A DNA stretch of 64,000 bases. Source: Thecamonas trahens ATCC 50062. Lineage: Eukaryota > Protista > Apusomonadida. The notes under the pieces are model-generated. The model was not told where the DNA came from and searched no databases. It saw nothing but the letters and a program-made list of their open reading frames with translations. Positions 21,049 to 32,880 of the stretch are shown here, one piece after another. The translations under genes were made by a program, and so were the position numbers. How positions within the stretch are numbered: the first letter of the stretch is position 1; every line of letters begins with the position of its first letter. The stretch is taken from positions 297,231 to 361,230 of the forward strand of contig NW_013657645.1 of NCBI RefSeq assembly GCF_000142905.1, written 5' to 3'.

Positions 21049-22241
21049 TCACCATGTCTGTGCCGGTGCAAGACTGTCGAGCACGAGCGAGAGCTTGCTG
21101 GTTGTCGCGTAGCCGTACAGGTAAGCCTTGGAGTCCTCGGCCCACGGCGAGGTCTCCATCAAGGCGACGAGATCGTCGAACTTGGCCGGATCGACAAAGC
21201 TTTCCACGGAGGCAAGGGTGCCGATGGACCGGGTCTCGTCGTAGATGTTAAGAAGCACGTTGCCGGACTCCTTCCAGTCGATGGGCAGCTGAACCTTGAA
21301 GATGAGCTTGCGGCCGGTGAGGTTGGTAGGTACAGAGCCATTCTTGAGTGGCGTTTCCATGCTCTTGCCAATCTTGTCAATCGGGACGTTGAATGGGGTG
21401 CTCCAGATGTGCTTCTGCTCGAGCTTGTCGAGTTGAACAGAGAACACGTTAGTGCTGATCGGGACGCAGACTTGCTTGTGCGCCTTCCAGTCGATCTTCT
21501 GGCAGCTGCGCGAGCAGTAGACAACCGCCTTGCACCGAGAGCAGCGCGAACGCGACTCACCCTTCCCGCACACCTTGCACAGCGCGAGAGCCTCGGGATC
21601 TGGCACACCATCAGTGCCGTCATGGTACGCCGGAACAATGAACGATGCCTTCCACGGACCATATGCGTCACCGCGGATGGCAGCACGTGACTCGTCGCTG
21701 AGCTGGGTGCCGTTAGCGGCCAGCCACGCAGCCATGTGCTCGACGGCGTTGGCCGAGATGACGGTAGAGGAGACGCCCAGTTCTGAGCGATCCATGGCCA
21801 TAGAGATGGCATCAAGACAGTTCATGGCGTTCTCCCGCTTTGCGTGGATGTAACGGACAGCGATGAGCGGAACAATGTCCCCATCGACCTCGTACTCGTA
21901 GACACCGACCCGCTCGATGGAGATGTTCTGCGTCTGATCCTGGTCCTGGCCAATGTGAAAACAACCATCGCCATCAAATACAGCACCACATGTAGCAGCA
22001 TTCTCTGGCCGACCACGGAGCTTCATGAAGTTGATCTGATCAAAGGAAGACGATACGATGATGGCCATCAACTTTGCGTCGTAGCACACGGGCTCTGTCC
22101 CAAGCTCATGGGTCACGCCCATAGCCTTTTCCGCCACAGAAAACTTGTCAAAAAGTACGTCGACGTAAGCCGCTCTCCACGTCCGCTCCATTCCTTGAGC
22201 TTGCTCACCTCTACCTCCTTCTTCTCGTTGCTGGCTGCCAT
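21049..22241 (-). CDS. MYND zinc-finger protein; likely exon 1 at 22241-22209, intron 22208-22144
   Basis: CKVC..CSRCKAVVYCSRSCQKIDWKAHKQVC. A GTGAGC..AAG intron joins MAASNEKKEVE to FSVAEKAM in frame. Confidence 0.8.
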
Positions 22242-22737
22242 GAGGAGCGGGGTCAAGTGGTGGTGGCGAGCAGAGAGGGGTGTTTGATCAATTTGCATAT
22301 TAATGGTTGGCCGGGGTGAGATGAGGGATGAGAGGAGAAGGTCGTGCATTGTCTGCAATTAAGTGGTGAGGGTGGTGTACTGGGTGCATGTGGGTGGTAC
22401 GGGATGAAAGATAGCATGTATGTGCGTGTGAGTGTCTGCATGTGGTGAAGGATGTGGATGACAAAATGCATGATCTGTGATCAAATGCACTTTTCTGCTC
22501 ATGCACAGATATCACATTTAATACATCGACACGTTACCCACTTTGTCCATACCTTGTGCACAGCACCCATAATAAGTTTTGCATATGGTTACATAGGTCA
22601 CCTGACTGGGTGTTGGTGCGACAGGCTGATGCGGCTCTGGCTGATTGTGATCATCATGATCGATGGACCAGCACAGCCGTCGACCAGGTCGACCCGGTTT
22701 CAATTCGAGTCGGGAGCCGGGGCTACCTGACTCGACC

Positions 22738-24574
22738 ATGCCCAACACGCAAGGAGTGGTACGGAGGCCATGCGAGGTGAGGACAGGAGGGATGGTTGGC
22801 AGGGAACTCACATTGGTGTGGAGCATGCATGGGTTGGGGGAATACCTGCATGGTTGTGGTCGGCGTGGTTGGTTGGCTGTGTGGGGTGGTGTGGTGATTG
22901 TGGTCGGGTGTTCGTCTTGTACGGACATGGTGATCGTCGTGGTTGTCTGGTTGTGATTGTGGTCGGGTGTTCGTCTTGTGTGGGCATGGTGATCGTGGTC
23001 GTGGTTGTCTGGTTGTGATTGTGGTCGGGTGATTGTCTTGTGTGGGCATGGTGATCGTGGTCGTGGTTGTCTGGTTGTGATTGTGGTCGGGTGTTCGTCT
23101 TGTACGGACATGGTGATCGTCGTGGTTGTCTGGTTGTGATTGTGGTCGGGTGTTCGTCTTGTGTGGGCATGGTGATCGTGGTCGTGGTTGTCTGGTTGTG
23201 ATTGTGGTCGGGTGTTCGTCTTGTACGGACATGGTGATCGTGGTCGTGGTTGTCTGGTTGTGATTGTGGTCGGGTGATTGTCTTGTGTGGCCATGGTGAT
23301 CATGGTCGTGGTTGTCTGGTTGTGATTGTGGTCGGGTGTTCGTCTTGTGCGGGCATGGTGATCGTGGTCGTGGTTGTCTGGTTGTGATTGTGGTCGGGTG
23401 ATTGTCTTGTGTGGCCATGGTGATCATGGTCGTGGTTGTCTGGTTGTGATTGTGGTCGGGTGATTGTCTTGTGCGGGCATGGTGATCGTGGTCGTGGTTG
23501 TCTGGTTGTGATTGTGGTCGGGTGATTGTCTTGCGTGGCCATGGTGATCGTGGTCGTGGTTGTCTGGTTGTGATTGTGGTCGGGTGATTGTCTTGTGTGG
23601 CCATGGTGATCGTGGTCGTGGTTGTCTGGTTGTGATTGTGGTCGGGTGATTGTCTTGTGTGGCCATGGTGATCGTGGTCGTGGTTGTCTGGTTGTGATTG
23701 TGGTCGGGTGATTGTCTTGTGCGGGCATGGTGATCGTGGCTCTGGTCGGCTGGTATGGTGTGGTGGTGGGACACGGGCATTTGGTGGCCGTGATTAACTA
23801 TGTCAATGACTGGGTGCCGAGGTGCGAGTACAGCTCCGGTTGCAGCGCGAGTACAAGCGGCTGCTGAAGAACCCGGTGTCATCGATCCTTGCTGCCCCGT
23901 CGAGCAAATCGGTCTACATCTGGTACTATGCCCTGTTTGGACCGAGTGGCACGCCCTATGCGGGTGGAGTCTACTTTGGCAAGCTTGTCTTCCCACAGAA
24001 CTACCCCAATGGTCCCCCGGCCATCTACATGATCACGCCATCGGGCCGATTCCAGGTCAACTCGCGGCTGTGTCTCTCGATGAGCGACTTTCACCCCGAG
24101 TCGTGGAACCCGCTCTGGTCCGTCTCGTCCATTCTCTCGGGCTTGCTCTCGTTTATGGTTGAGGAGACTCCGACGCACGGTTCTGTCTCGCGTTCGCCTG
24201 CTGATCGCCGCCGCCTCGCTGCGCGCTCCATGACATTTAACCGCAAAGATCCTGTCTTTGTCGAGACCTTTCCCGACCTGGTTGAAGCAGCTGCCGATGG
24301 CTCGATTGCGCCGCCGGCTCTGCCACCCAACGAAGCTGCTCTTTGGCACGAGGCGTACGAGCAACATCAGTCTGGAGCCGGCGCCTCCTCCAGTGTCGAC
24401 GGGTGCGGGGGCGCAAGTGGGGGCCGTAGCGAAGACGAGAACGAGGTTACCGTCGTCGCCGTCATCCAAACCGTGGTCCTTGCCGTGTTGGTGAGCGGCT
24501 GCGCCGTCGCCATCGCCTACTACGACTCGCCGCTAGACGCTCTAGCCGATCTGCGCCACATTGTCGACATCTGA
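22738..24574 (+). CDS. UBC6: ER-anchored ubiquitin-conjugating enzyme Ubc6/UBE2J2-like; exons 22738-22758 and 23834-24574
   Basis: RLQREY, TPYAGG, PPAIYMITPSGRF, RLCLSMSDFHPESWNP.WSV and a C-terminal TM. A GTACGG..CAG intron joins MPNTQGV to LRLQREY. Confidence 0.88.
22895..23739. repeat. Intronic minisatellite, ~13-14 copies of a 59-62 bp unit
   Basis: Unit GTGATCGTGGTCGTGGTTGTCTGGTTGTGATTGTGGTCGGGTGATTGTCTTGTGTGGCCATG. Confidence 0.95.
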
Positions 24575-24635
24575 TGCATATCCCGTCTGCTACAGCGCAC
24601 TGGAGCGCCAGGCACCGACGATTCATCCGCAACTG

Positions 24636-24842
24636 GTAAACCCCACGTTCACGCCAACGATTAACCCGACGTTCAGGGCAACGATTAACGCTAGGTTCAG
24701 GGCAACGATTAACGCCACGTTCAGGGCAACGATTAACCCCACGTTCACGCCAACGATTAACCCGACGTTCGGGGCAACGATTAATTGCACGGCGCGCCAA
24801 CGATTAACCCGACGTTCGGGGCAACGATTAATTGCACGGCGC
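24636..24842. repeat. Tandem ~20-24 bp repeat CAACGATTAACCCGACGTTCAGGG, ~8-9 copies
   Basis: Direct inspection: invariant CAACGATTAA core with a variable tail. Confidence 0.9.
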
Positions 24843-25174
24843 CCAGCGGGACAACCTCTCTCGGGCAGCATGGCGTCGCTCCGCATGGCAGCGGTGAGCG
24901 GAAAAGCAGAACAAGTAGAGAGAGAAGCAAGCAAAGCAAGCAAGGATGAGGTTGTGTATGCACTTATAGCATTGTTCTCCACAGAACCACCCCAGTCCTC
25001 CACAGCCATCCATGTCCTCCACCAGTCGCAGGCAGCCGCCGGCAAGACCACCAAGACCCCACCACCGCAATTGACACCGAGTCGCACATCACCACAACAC
25101 AGCCAACAACTGCACCGATAACAGCAACAACTGCAGCAACAACAATTGAGGCATCATCGTCATCCATTCGTTCG

Positions 25175-28100
25175 GTGGGTGACACGCTGCTGGCGAACAA
25201 GTCCGGTACCAGCCAAGCCGACACGGGCTCGTCGGCCGATGCGGGCTCATCGCTCGTCGCTGGCAGCCCCTCGTCATCGGTTTCGGGCAGTGGTGTGGCT
25301 GCAGAGAAGATGGCCATGGCGAAGCTGCTTTTGCAGGCGCACGACATCGACTTGCTGTGGGAGGTCATGATGGCTGATGGCAATGGCTGTGGCGCGCAGC
25401 AGGGGCTCTCCCCGCTCCACGCAGCTGCACAGGCAAGCTACCATGGCGCCGACAAGGTCTTGGGCGCGCTGCTGCAGCTGCTGGCAAAGGCAAAAGTCAA
25501 GGCGGAGGCGCTTGCTGTCTGCGATCATCACGGGCTCACGCCATTGCATCACACTGCACTCGCCGGGACGTCAGCAAGCGTGCGGACGTTGGTCGCGGCC
25601 GGGGCTGACGTCAACGCCCTCTCGGACTCGAACCCGCCGCTGAGCCCGCTGCATGTTGCTGCTCGGGCGGGAAATGTGTCGGCTCTCGACGCGCTCATTG
25701 CTGCCGGCGCTGCATCACCCCCGCGCGAGGGCATGACCTGGCTCGCCGCCCACGAGGCTGTGCTTGTCGGCTCGTCAGCTGCTCTCGCGCTGCTCCTCAC
25801 CTCGTACCCGACGCCATCGGTCAACGCCACCTCGCCGCTGCTCATCCACCTCGCGGCGTCGTCGCCAGCCTCGCTGGCCTCGCTCGAGCTGCTGCTCGCA
25901 ACCGGCGCCAACCCGAACGTCATCGATTCGCGCTCGTCGTTTACTCCGCTTCACACTGCGGTCGCATCGTGCAACATGCCCGCCCTGCACGCTCTTGCCT
26001 CCTGTCCAGCGGTCAACGTGCTTGTGCAGTCGACACTCGCTGGGACCGCGCTTCATACTGCCGCCGCCATTGACTCACGCGAAGGTCTCTTTGCTCTTCT
26101 TGAGCACGTCCCGACGCCAGAGGCTCGAGCCGCCGCTTTGGCGGAGACCCACCCATCGACCAATCACTCGGTGCTTGCCACGGCAGTCACTGCTGGCGCA
26201 CTGGACGTTGTCACCGCGCTTGTCACTGTAGAGCCAATGATATGCGACCCGCCGAACGAGTCGCATCTCTTCCTCGCTGCTGCCAATGGGCACGTCCGTA
26301 TCCTCTCCCTTCTCTTCGATATCATCGGGCGCGACGCGACAAAAGCTCTCGACTCGGACGGCTTCTCGCTCATCCACCACGCTGCCGCCCGCTCCATGGT
26401 CTCCGACGAGCTCATCGAGATCCTCGGCGGGCCGCATGGTCTTGTCACCATGGTCGAAGCCTCGGGGCTCTACACAGATCTTTCGCCACTTGATCTGGCT
26501 GTGCTCGGCGCCGGCGAGGCCCATACCCGCGGCGCTGACGTTGTTGCCTCCGCCAGAGTCCTCATCACCGCCGTGCCTCGCTTTGTCACCACCTCGTCGC
26601 TGCATCTCGCACTGGATCTTCTTGGCTCTGAGAGCTTGCTGGGCGGCACGTTCCAGCTGTTCAATCTGCTCGTCCCGTCGCGAGCTGACATGCTTCCGCT
26701 CTTCTCCTCGGCGGCTGCGCTGGGCAAAGACGAGTGGATCGCCACGCTCGACACACTGTACGAGGCCCGGGAGCCACCACGTACCGATACGCGCAAGGCC
26801 ACGGCGCTCTCGAATGCGCTGCTGGAGGCAATCAATGCCAACCACTTGACCACCACCTGTCTCCTGCTGGGTATGGGCGCCACGGCGCCGACCGCTGTCC
26901 ATCGCGCCGCCGCTGTCGGTGCCACGCAGATACTCATCGAGCTTCTTTCCGCGGGCCCGCACGCGGCTGACTCGGCGCGCCCCGACACTGATGGCCTGCT
27001 CCCTATCCACTACGCTGCCGCTGCAGGCAACATCGAGGCCTGCAAAGTGCTCGCCAAGGCCGAGCCTGAATGTCTCAACGCGCTCGACGAGAACCCAGGC
27101 TCACGGCGGAGCCCGTTGCAGCATGCGCTTGCAACGGGCCCACCGGCAGTTGCCCTCGCCCTCATTCGGCTGGGTGCCGATCCCGAGCTCCATGACGGAC
27201 TCGGGCACACCGCGCTCCACCACGCCGCGCACTCGGGTCATGCCGATGCCGTGCACTACATGCTCGCCAAGCACCCGCACATTGCTAACGTCTCGTCGCC
27301 GTCGGAGCACACCGCGCTCCACGCCGCCGCGGCTGCGACCAAGTCGTCGCGTGCCATCATCCACGCCCTTGTCTCCAGCGGCCTCGCCCCGGATACCACT
27401 GACGCAACCGGTGCCACACCGCTGCACATCGCGGTGGCTGCTGGCAATGCCGCAGCTGTTGCCGGGCTTGTGGCCGTCGGCGCCGACGCCACCAAGCTGG
27501 ACGGCTCCGGCATCTCGGCTCGCGAACGTGCCGACCAACTTGCGGCCAGCGGCCATCCGGCCGGTGCACGCATTGTCAGCATTCTCACCGGAGACGCGGG
27601 AGGAGCCGAGGCGGAGACTGCCGAGCAGGCCGCCGTCCGTGTTCAGGCCGCCTGGCGCGGGTTCCGGGCGCGGCAGCTCTATTGCGGCGCGCCGTCGCGG
27701 GCCGTTTCCCTCGGTCTGGCCACCTCGATCGGCCTTGTCGCGGTCCGCACTCAGCTTGGTGACTCCAAGCCCATCAACGTCTACGACGCCGCAGCGTCGC
27801 GGAACAACATTGGCGTCCTCCGTGAGCAGCTCGAGGACCGCATGGCCTCATTGGACGAGACCGATGAGCTCGGACGGACCGTTCTCGTCCGAGCGATACT
27901 TCGGGTCGGTGCACCATTTGCGTCACGGGCCGACGCGGTTGAGCTGGTGCGGACGCTGGTCGACGCCGGCGCCCCTGTAACTGCCGCTGACGAGCTCGGT
28001 CACAGCCCGCTTCACTACGCTGCTGCGCTCAACGCCGTCGACGTTGTCGAGCTGCTCCTCTCCGGGCTGGTCGACGTCGGCGCACTGGACGCCGGCGGCA

Positions 28101-31100
28101 ACTCGCCGCTTCACTACGCTAATGTCGAGGTGGCCGAGGTTCTTCTTGCCCACGGCGCTTCGGCCATGGCGCCCAACGCAACGAGCTACACGCCAATCCA
28201 CGCCGCAAGCGCTGCCGACAATCTTGCCCTGCTGGAAGTCCTGCTTGACACTGCAGGCGTCACCTTCCCCCTCACCCCATCGGCGCTTGATCTTGCTCTG
28301 CTCTCGCGGGCGCGCCGCACCAGTGAGCTGCTCATGCACCGGTCGTCGCTCACACCGATCTCGCTTCATGCAGCTGCGCTCGGCGGCGACGGCATCATTG
28401 TTAGCAGAGTCATTGGCGCCCAGCGAATGACTAGCGGATACCGCGGCAAGATGCCGATGTCGTGCCCGCCGCAGTTCTCGCCGCTGTTGGCGCGAGCTGG
28501 TGGCGCCAGCTTGCCGACATTGCCGTGCGACCTGCTCTCGGCCCGATCGCCGTCGCCGGCGGTCTCGATCAGCCGCTCGGCAAGATCCCCGGTGCCGAGT
28601 GGCTCCGCCTGCGGCGACGTTTCTATCAACGACGACGAGATTGGGCCGAACGGCATGCAGAAGTGGTCGCCACTGGCCTATGCAGTGTGGGGCGGACGGG
28701 TCGGCGCCGCGCTTGCGCTTCTCAAAGAGTACGGCTCGCACGACTGTGGCCGCCCCTCCACCGCAGGTGGAACATCGGAGCTAGGCGAGACACTCGGCGA
28801 CGACTCGGTGTCGGCAGTTGACGGCGGCGGCGGCGGCGCAGGAGGTGGCGACGAGAGTGTAACTGGACTCGGTCGAAGCGGGCAGACCAACTGCCTTGCG
28901 CCCCGCGGGATGAGCTCACTGCTGCACGTGGCGGCGCGTTCGAGCAACTGCTCTGTGGCGCTGATCGAGCTCCTGCTGACGTGGATGGAGGCGACGCTGG
29001 CAAGCCGCGATAGCAACGGCTGGACGCCGCTGCACGTGGCGGTGGCAGCTGAGTTGTCGACTCGCCCGACGAGCGTATTGCTGCGGCTGGGTGCCGACGT
29101 GACTGCACTCACCGAGCGGGCCGAACACACGGTGCTCCACACTGCTGCACGGCATGCCAGGCTTGCGGTGGTGGAAGAGGTGGTGACTGCGCCGGGTGCG
29201 AGCCTGGCTATGGAGATCAAGGACGGGGCAGGCCTCAGTCCGCGGGACATGGCACTGGTGTGCGGGCGCGAGGATGTGGTCGAAGTCTTTGTCCGCCGCT
29301 TTGGCTGGGGTTCGTCGCGGGGCAACGGGCTTCACGCGGTGGCGCGACTCGACGCCGTCGACATGGTGCCGTTTGTCATGCGGCGGTACCGGCCGGATGT
29401 CAACGGGCGCGACGGTCGCGGCTTTGCGCCGCTCCACTACGCGGCTGTGCAGGCGACGAGCTCGGAGCTACCGCTGACCATCATCTCGCCCGAGTCACCC
29501 GTGCTGCCACAGCAAGGCCGGGTTGTCACTGCTCTCCTTGAGCACGGTGCAGACGTCGAGGTCCGCAATGGACGCGGCGCAACTCCCCTGCATCTGGCGG
29601 CCAAGTACGGTCGGATTGGCCCGGTCGAGATTTTGCTCAAGGCCAAAGCGAGCGTGTTGGCGACGAACGTCGACGGGGCGACCCCGCTCCATCTCGCTGC
29701 CAAGTATGATCACCCTGAGGTGGTTTCTCGTCTTCTTGCGAGCCCCTCGGCGGATGCGGCTGTGGTGGCTGGCGACGCCAGCGGGCGGGCGCCGCAGCAC
29801 CACGCAGCACAGCTGTCTCGGGCAGACGTGGCACGACTTCTACTGGATGCAGGTGGGCATCCGCTGCAGCGCGATGACCAGGAGCGGACCCCATTGCATG
29901 AAGCTGCAGCAGCTCCGTCTCAGTCGACACGCGTCCTTCGGGTGTACCTGGATGCGCTCGGGGCCGGCGCATCGCTGGAGGTGCTGGACGCTAGCGGGAG
30001 GACGCCAATCCACTACGCGGCGGCAGCGGGCTCGACCGAGGCGCTGTCGATGATGATGCAGGCTGAGAACCGGCCGAACCCAGACGGGCGCGACCGAAAC
30101 GGGCAGACGCCGCTAGCGCTGGCTGCTGCCGCCGGTCACCTCGAGGTAGTCAGGATCCTGGTCTCGCGGCTTGGGGTCGACGTGAGCGGCGTTGATGACG
30201 CCGGCAACACGCCGCTACATGCCGCTGTGCGAGCCGGTGCGCTTGCAGTGGTCGAGCTGCTCCTTGCGCAAGAGCAGGTGGCGGTCAACGCGACGAACAA
30301 CTCTGGCGAGACCGCGCTTCACGTTGCCGGCGCCGGTTGCGATGAGGACGACGCGCTGCGTGTTGCGTACGCGTTGCTCTCATGTGGCCGCGAGCCGGCA
30401 TCAGCGCGAGTTCAGGTGGCGGGGACCGGCGAGACGCCAGCCGAGAGTGCACGCACACGGGGCATGCACGAGCTCGCGCACCTCATCGAAGTTGTCGCCG
30501 GGATTCATCGCGAGCGCACTGTCCGGAATGGGCCGCGGATCATGCGTGGATCCCGCGGAGTGCTCCCGATTCCTATTGTGGCGCCCGAGGAGGTGGTGGC
30601 GGGCGTCAAGGTCTACCCATACGAGGCCAAGCCGTTTATGGCTGCGCCCGCGGCTGGCCCGGCCAGTCCAGACGAGTCTGATGCGGCGGGAAAGGTGGCA
30701 GGCCTCGATGCCCGCAAGGCCAAGCAGCAGCGGCGGCGGCGGGTCCGGGCCAGAGTTCGCAATCCCGGAGCAAAGCGGCCACGTCGCGGCATGCGGTTGG
30801 TGATTGTGGAGGAGGAGGCCGGAGGTCAAGGAGACAGAGAGCAGCGAATGCATGAGCCGACGCCACCGATGAGTGGGCGGGCCAAGCAGGTGCTGAGCGA
30901 GGCTGAGATAAGGGCGGCGACGAGCGCGCGCTTGGCTAGATTTCATCGGACCGACGCGGTGCTCGACGGACGGACGGACGTGGAGCTCGACGGGTGGGAG
31001 GCGGTGGACCCGCTGGCGGCCGACAACGTGTTTGGTCTTCCGCCGCTTCCGGCGTCGGAAGCCAACACCGCGAGCCATGGCGAGACAGCCAGCTCGTCAC

Positions 31101-31225
31101 AGGCTGGCTCGATGGACGCGTTGCCCGAGCTGGCGGCGGGGTCCGAGTCGTCGCTGCGTGCAAGTGGGAGTGCGCGCGGGCTTGGTCTGCTTGCAGCGTC
31201 TGTGCTGGCGAGAAAGGTGGTTTAG
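25175..31225 (+). CDS. Large ankyrin-repeat protein with a central IQ motif (start uncertain)
   Basis: More than 25 TPLHxAA-type repeats; IQ motif AAVRVQAAWRGFRAR at ~27630-27675. Confidence 0.88.
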   Translation: MGDTLLANKSGTSQADTGSSADAGSSLVAGSPSSSVSGSGVAAEKMAMAKLLLQAHDIDLLWEVMMADGNGCGAQQGLSPLHAAAQASYHGADKVLGALLQLLAKAKVKAEALAVCDHHGLTPLHHTALAGTSASVRTLVAAGADVNALSDSNPPLSPLHVAARAGNVSALDALIAAGAASPPREGMTWLAAHEAVLVGSSAALALLLTSYPTPSVNATSPLLIHLAASSPASLASLELLLATGANPNVIDSRSSFTPLHTAVASCNMPALHALASCPAVNVLVQSTLAGTALHTAAAIDSREGLFALLEHVPTPEARAAALAETHPSTNHSVLATAVTAGALDVVTALVTVEPMICDPPNESHLFLAAANGHVRILSLLFDIIGRDATKALDSDGFSLIHHAAARSMVSDELIEILGGPHGLVTMVEASGLYTDLSPLDLAVLGAGEAHTRGADVVASARVLITAVPRFVTTSSLHLALDLLGSESLLGGTFQLFNLLVPSRADMLPLFSSAAALGKDEWIATLDTLYEAREPPRTDTRKATALSNALLEAINANHLTTTCLLLGMGATAPTAVHRAAAVGATQILIELLSAGPHAADSARPDTDGLLPIHYAAAAGNIEACKVLAKAEPECLNALDENPGSRRSPLQHALATGPPAVALALIRLGADPELHDGLGHTALHHAAHSGHADAVHYMLAKHPHIANVSSPSEHTALHAAAAATKSSRAIIHALVSSGLAPDTTDATGATPLHIAVAAGNAAAVAGLVAVGADATKLDGSGISARERADQLAASGHPAGARIVSILTGDAGGAEAETAEQAAVRVQAAWRGFRARQLYCGAPSRAVSLGLATSIGLVAVRTQLGDSKPINVYDAAASRNNIGVLREQLEDRMASLDETDELGRTVLVRAILRVGAPFASRADAVELVRTLVDAGAPVTAADELGHSPLHYAAALNAVDVVELLLSGLVDVGALDAGGNSPLHYANVEVAEVLLAHGASAMAPNATSYTPIHAASAADNLALLEVLLDTAGVTFPLTPSALDLALLSRARRTSELLMHRSSLTPISLHAAALGGDGIIVSRVIGAQRMTSGYRGKMPMSCPPQFSPLLARAGGASLPTLPCDLLSARSPSPAVSISRSARSPVPSGSACGDVSINDDEIGPNGMQKWSPLAYAVWGGRVGAALALLKEYGSHDCGRPSTAGGTSELGETLGDDSVSAVDGGGGGAGGGDESVTGLGRSGQTNCLAPRGMSSLLHVAARSSNCSVALIELLLTWMEATLASRDSNGWTPLHVAVAAELSTRPTSVLLRLGADVTALTERAEHTVLHTAARHARLAVVEEVVTAPGASLAMEIKDGAGLSPRDMALVCGREDVVEVFVRRFGWGSSRGNGLHAVARLDAVDMVPFVMRRYRPDVNGRDGRGFAPLHYAAVQATSSELPLTIISPESPVLPQQGRVVTALLEHGADVEVRNGRGATPLHLAAKYGRIGPVEILLKAKASVLATNVDGATPLHLAAKYDHPEVVSRLLASPSADAAVVAGDASGRAPQHHAAQLSRADVARLLLDAGGHPLQRDDQERTPLHEAAAAPSQSTRVLRVYLDALGAGASLEVLDASGRTPIHYAAAAGSTEALSMMMQAENRPNPDGRDRNGQTPLALAAAAGHLEVVRILVSRLGVDVSGVDDAGNTPLHAAVRAGALAVVELLLAQEQVAVNATNNSGETALHVAGAGCDEDDALRVAYALLSCGREPASARVQVAGTGETPAESARTRGMHELAHLIEVVAGIHRERTVRNGPRIMRGSRGVLPIPIVAPEEVVAGVKVYPYEAKPFMAAPAAGPASPDESDAAGKVAGLDARKAKQQRRRRVRARVRNPGAKRPRRGMRLVIVEEEAGGQGDREQRMHEPTPPMSGRAKQVLSEAEIRAATSARLARFHRTDAVLDGRTDVELDGWEAVDPLAADNVFGLPPLPASEANTASHGETASSSQAGSMDALPELAAGSESSLRASGSARGLGLLAASVLARKVV

Positions 31226-31401
31226 CTCGGCTCTCTCACGCTACTACATAAAGCGGGTCGACAGCGAGACGGTGTGTTGTTGGAGGGAGTTGGATTCAGC
31301 TGCAGAGCTCGATGGGGTGGGGACCGGTTGACAATCGGAAAGCCTTGGCCAGGAGCTTGGAGTGGCAGACGGAGCGGAGGCATGCCGGGGTAGGCGAGAG
31401 A

Positions 31402-32268
31402 TCAGCCGAAGAACGACGAAAAGCCAGAAGGCATGTTCGAGGAGTTGGAGGCGGTGGCAAGAGAGGAAGAAGAAGGAAGGCTCGATATCGCCTCTGAAGA
31501 GACGGCCTCACCGTCGATAAAGGTGGTGCGAACGCCGTCAGCCTCGGTGATGACGGTTGTCTGGCCATTCTCAACGATGGTGGTTGTCTTGGTCGTCCGG
31601 CCATTGATGGTCTGGCTGGTGGATGAGACCGAGCGGCCGCCGCCGGTTGTAGACGACGAGAACGATGACGACGAGGCGAGTGGAGCGCCAAAGCCACCGC
31701 CGCCAAAGCCACCACCGCCAAAGCCACCACCGCCAAAGCCACCGCCGCCAAAGCCACCGCCGCCAAAGCCACCGCCGCCAAAGCCACCGCCGCCAAAGCC
31801 GCCGCCGCCAAAGCCGCCGCCAGCAAACGGAGGACCGCCGAAAATGGTGCCAAAGTTGGCAAACGGATCAGAGTGTGACGGCATGGGCGACGACGACGTG
31901 GTCGTCGACGATGTGTGGGAGTAGGTGGTACGAGGGGCGGCAGGCGGGTGGGACACGCCCATGGCGGCAAAGACATCGCCGCCAAAGACCTGTTCAAACA
32001 GATCAAATGGATCAGAGAAGCCAGTGGGCGGCATTGGGCCCGGACCAGATCCCGAGGCGAAGAACGACGCAGCGGGTCTACCACCAGTTGTCGAAGGCTG
32101 CGGCGGCGGGCCATCATCACCAGGCAGCCGACCGGTGGCATCATAGTATGAGCGCTTCTCGGCGTCCGACAGCACCTCGTAAGCCGCCGAGATCTCCTTG
32201 AACTTGGTCTCGGCCTCGGGTGACGGGTTCTTGTCGGGGTGATACTTGAGGGCGCCCTTGCGGTACGC
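31402..32268 (-). CDS. DnaJ/Hsp40 class B-like protein, 3' exon (5' exon probably in the N-gap)
   Basis: [32 protein letters not shown]; (GGGGF)n region; DNAJB6-like [12 protein letters not shown] tail; CAG acceptor at 32269-32271. Confidence 0.88.
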   Translation of the reverse strand, partial: AYRKGALKYHPDKNPSPEAETKFKEISAAYEVLSDAEKRSYYDATGRLPGDDGPPPQPSTTGGRPAASFFASGSGPGPMPPTGFSDPFDLFEQVFGGDVFAAMGVSHPPAAPRTTYSHTSSTTTSSSPMPSHSDPFANFGTIFGGPPFAGGGFGGGGFGGGGFGGGGFGGGGFGGGGFGGGGFGGGGFGGGGFGAPLASSSSFSSSTTGGGRSVSSTSQTINGRTTKTTTIVENGQTTVITEADGVRTTFIDGEAVSSEAISSLPSSSSLATASNSSNMPSGFSSFFG

Positions 32269-32880
32269 CTGCATGTGTGGGCGAAGGGGGGTTGGGGGTT
32301 GGGGGGGTGAGTGTGGGGTTGGGGTTGGGGGTTGGGGAGGGGGTGGTGGTGGTGGTGGTGGTGGTGGTGGGGAGTGGGGAGTAGCTGCCTACCGNNNNNN
32401 NNNNNNNNNNNNNNNNNNNNNNNNNNNNNNNNNNNNNNNNNNNNNNNNNNNNNNNNNNNNNNNNNNNNNNNNNNNNNNNNNNNNNNNNNNNNNNNNNNNN
32501 NNNNNNNNNNNNNNNNNNNNNNNNNNNNNNNNNNNNNNNNNNNNNNNNNNNNNNNNNNNNNNNNNNNNNNNNNNNNNNNNNNNNNNNNNNNNNNNNNNNN
32601 NNNNNNNNNNNNNNNNNNNNNNNNNNNNNNNNNNNNNNNNNNNNNNNNNNNNNNNNNNNNNNNNNNNNNNNNNNNNNNNNNNNNNNNNNNNNNNNNNNNN
32701 NNNNNNNNNNNNNNNNNNNNNNNNNNNNNNNNNNNNNNNNNNNNNNNNNNNNNNNNNNNNNNNNNNNNNNNNNNNNNNTCCTCTCGGAAACCCGGACCCG
32801 ACCCCGACCCCCGCCCCCCGCCCCCTCCCCTCCCCTCCCCTCCCCCCCTCCGCCCCTGCCCCCCTGTCAACCCCAGTCGG

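Noticed and set aside
22518-23996. Long Thr/His/Pro-rich ORFs on the minus strand
   Set aside because: They are translations of the intronic 62-bp minisatellite.
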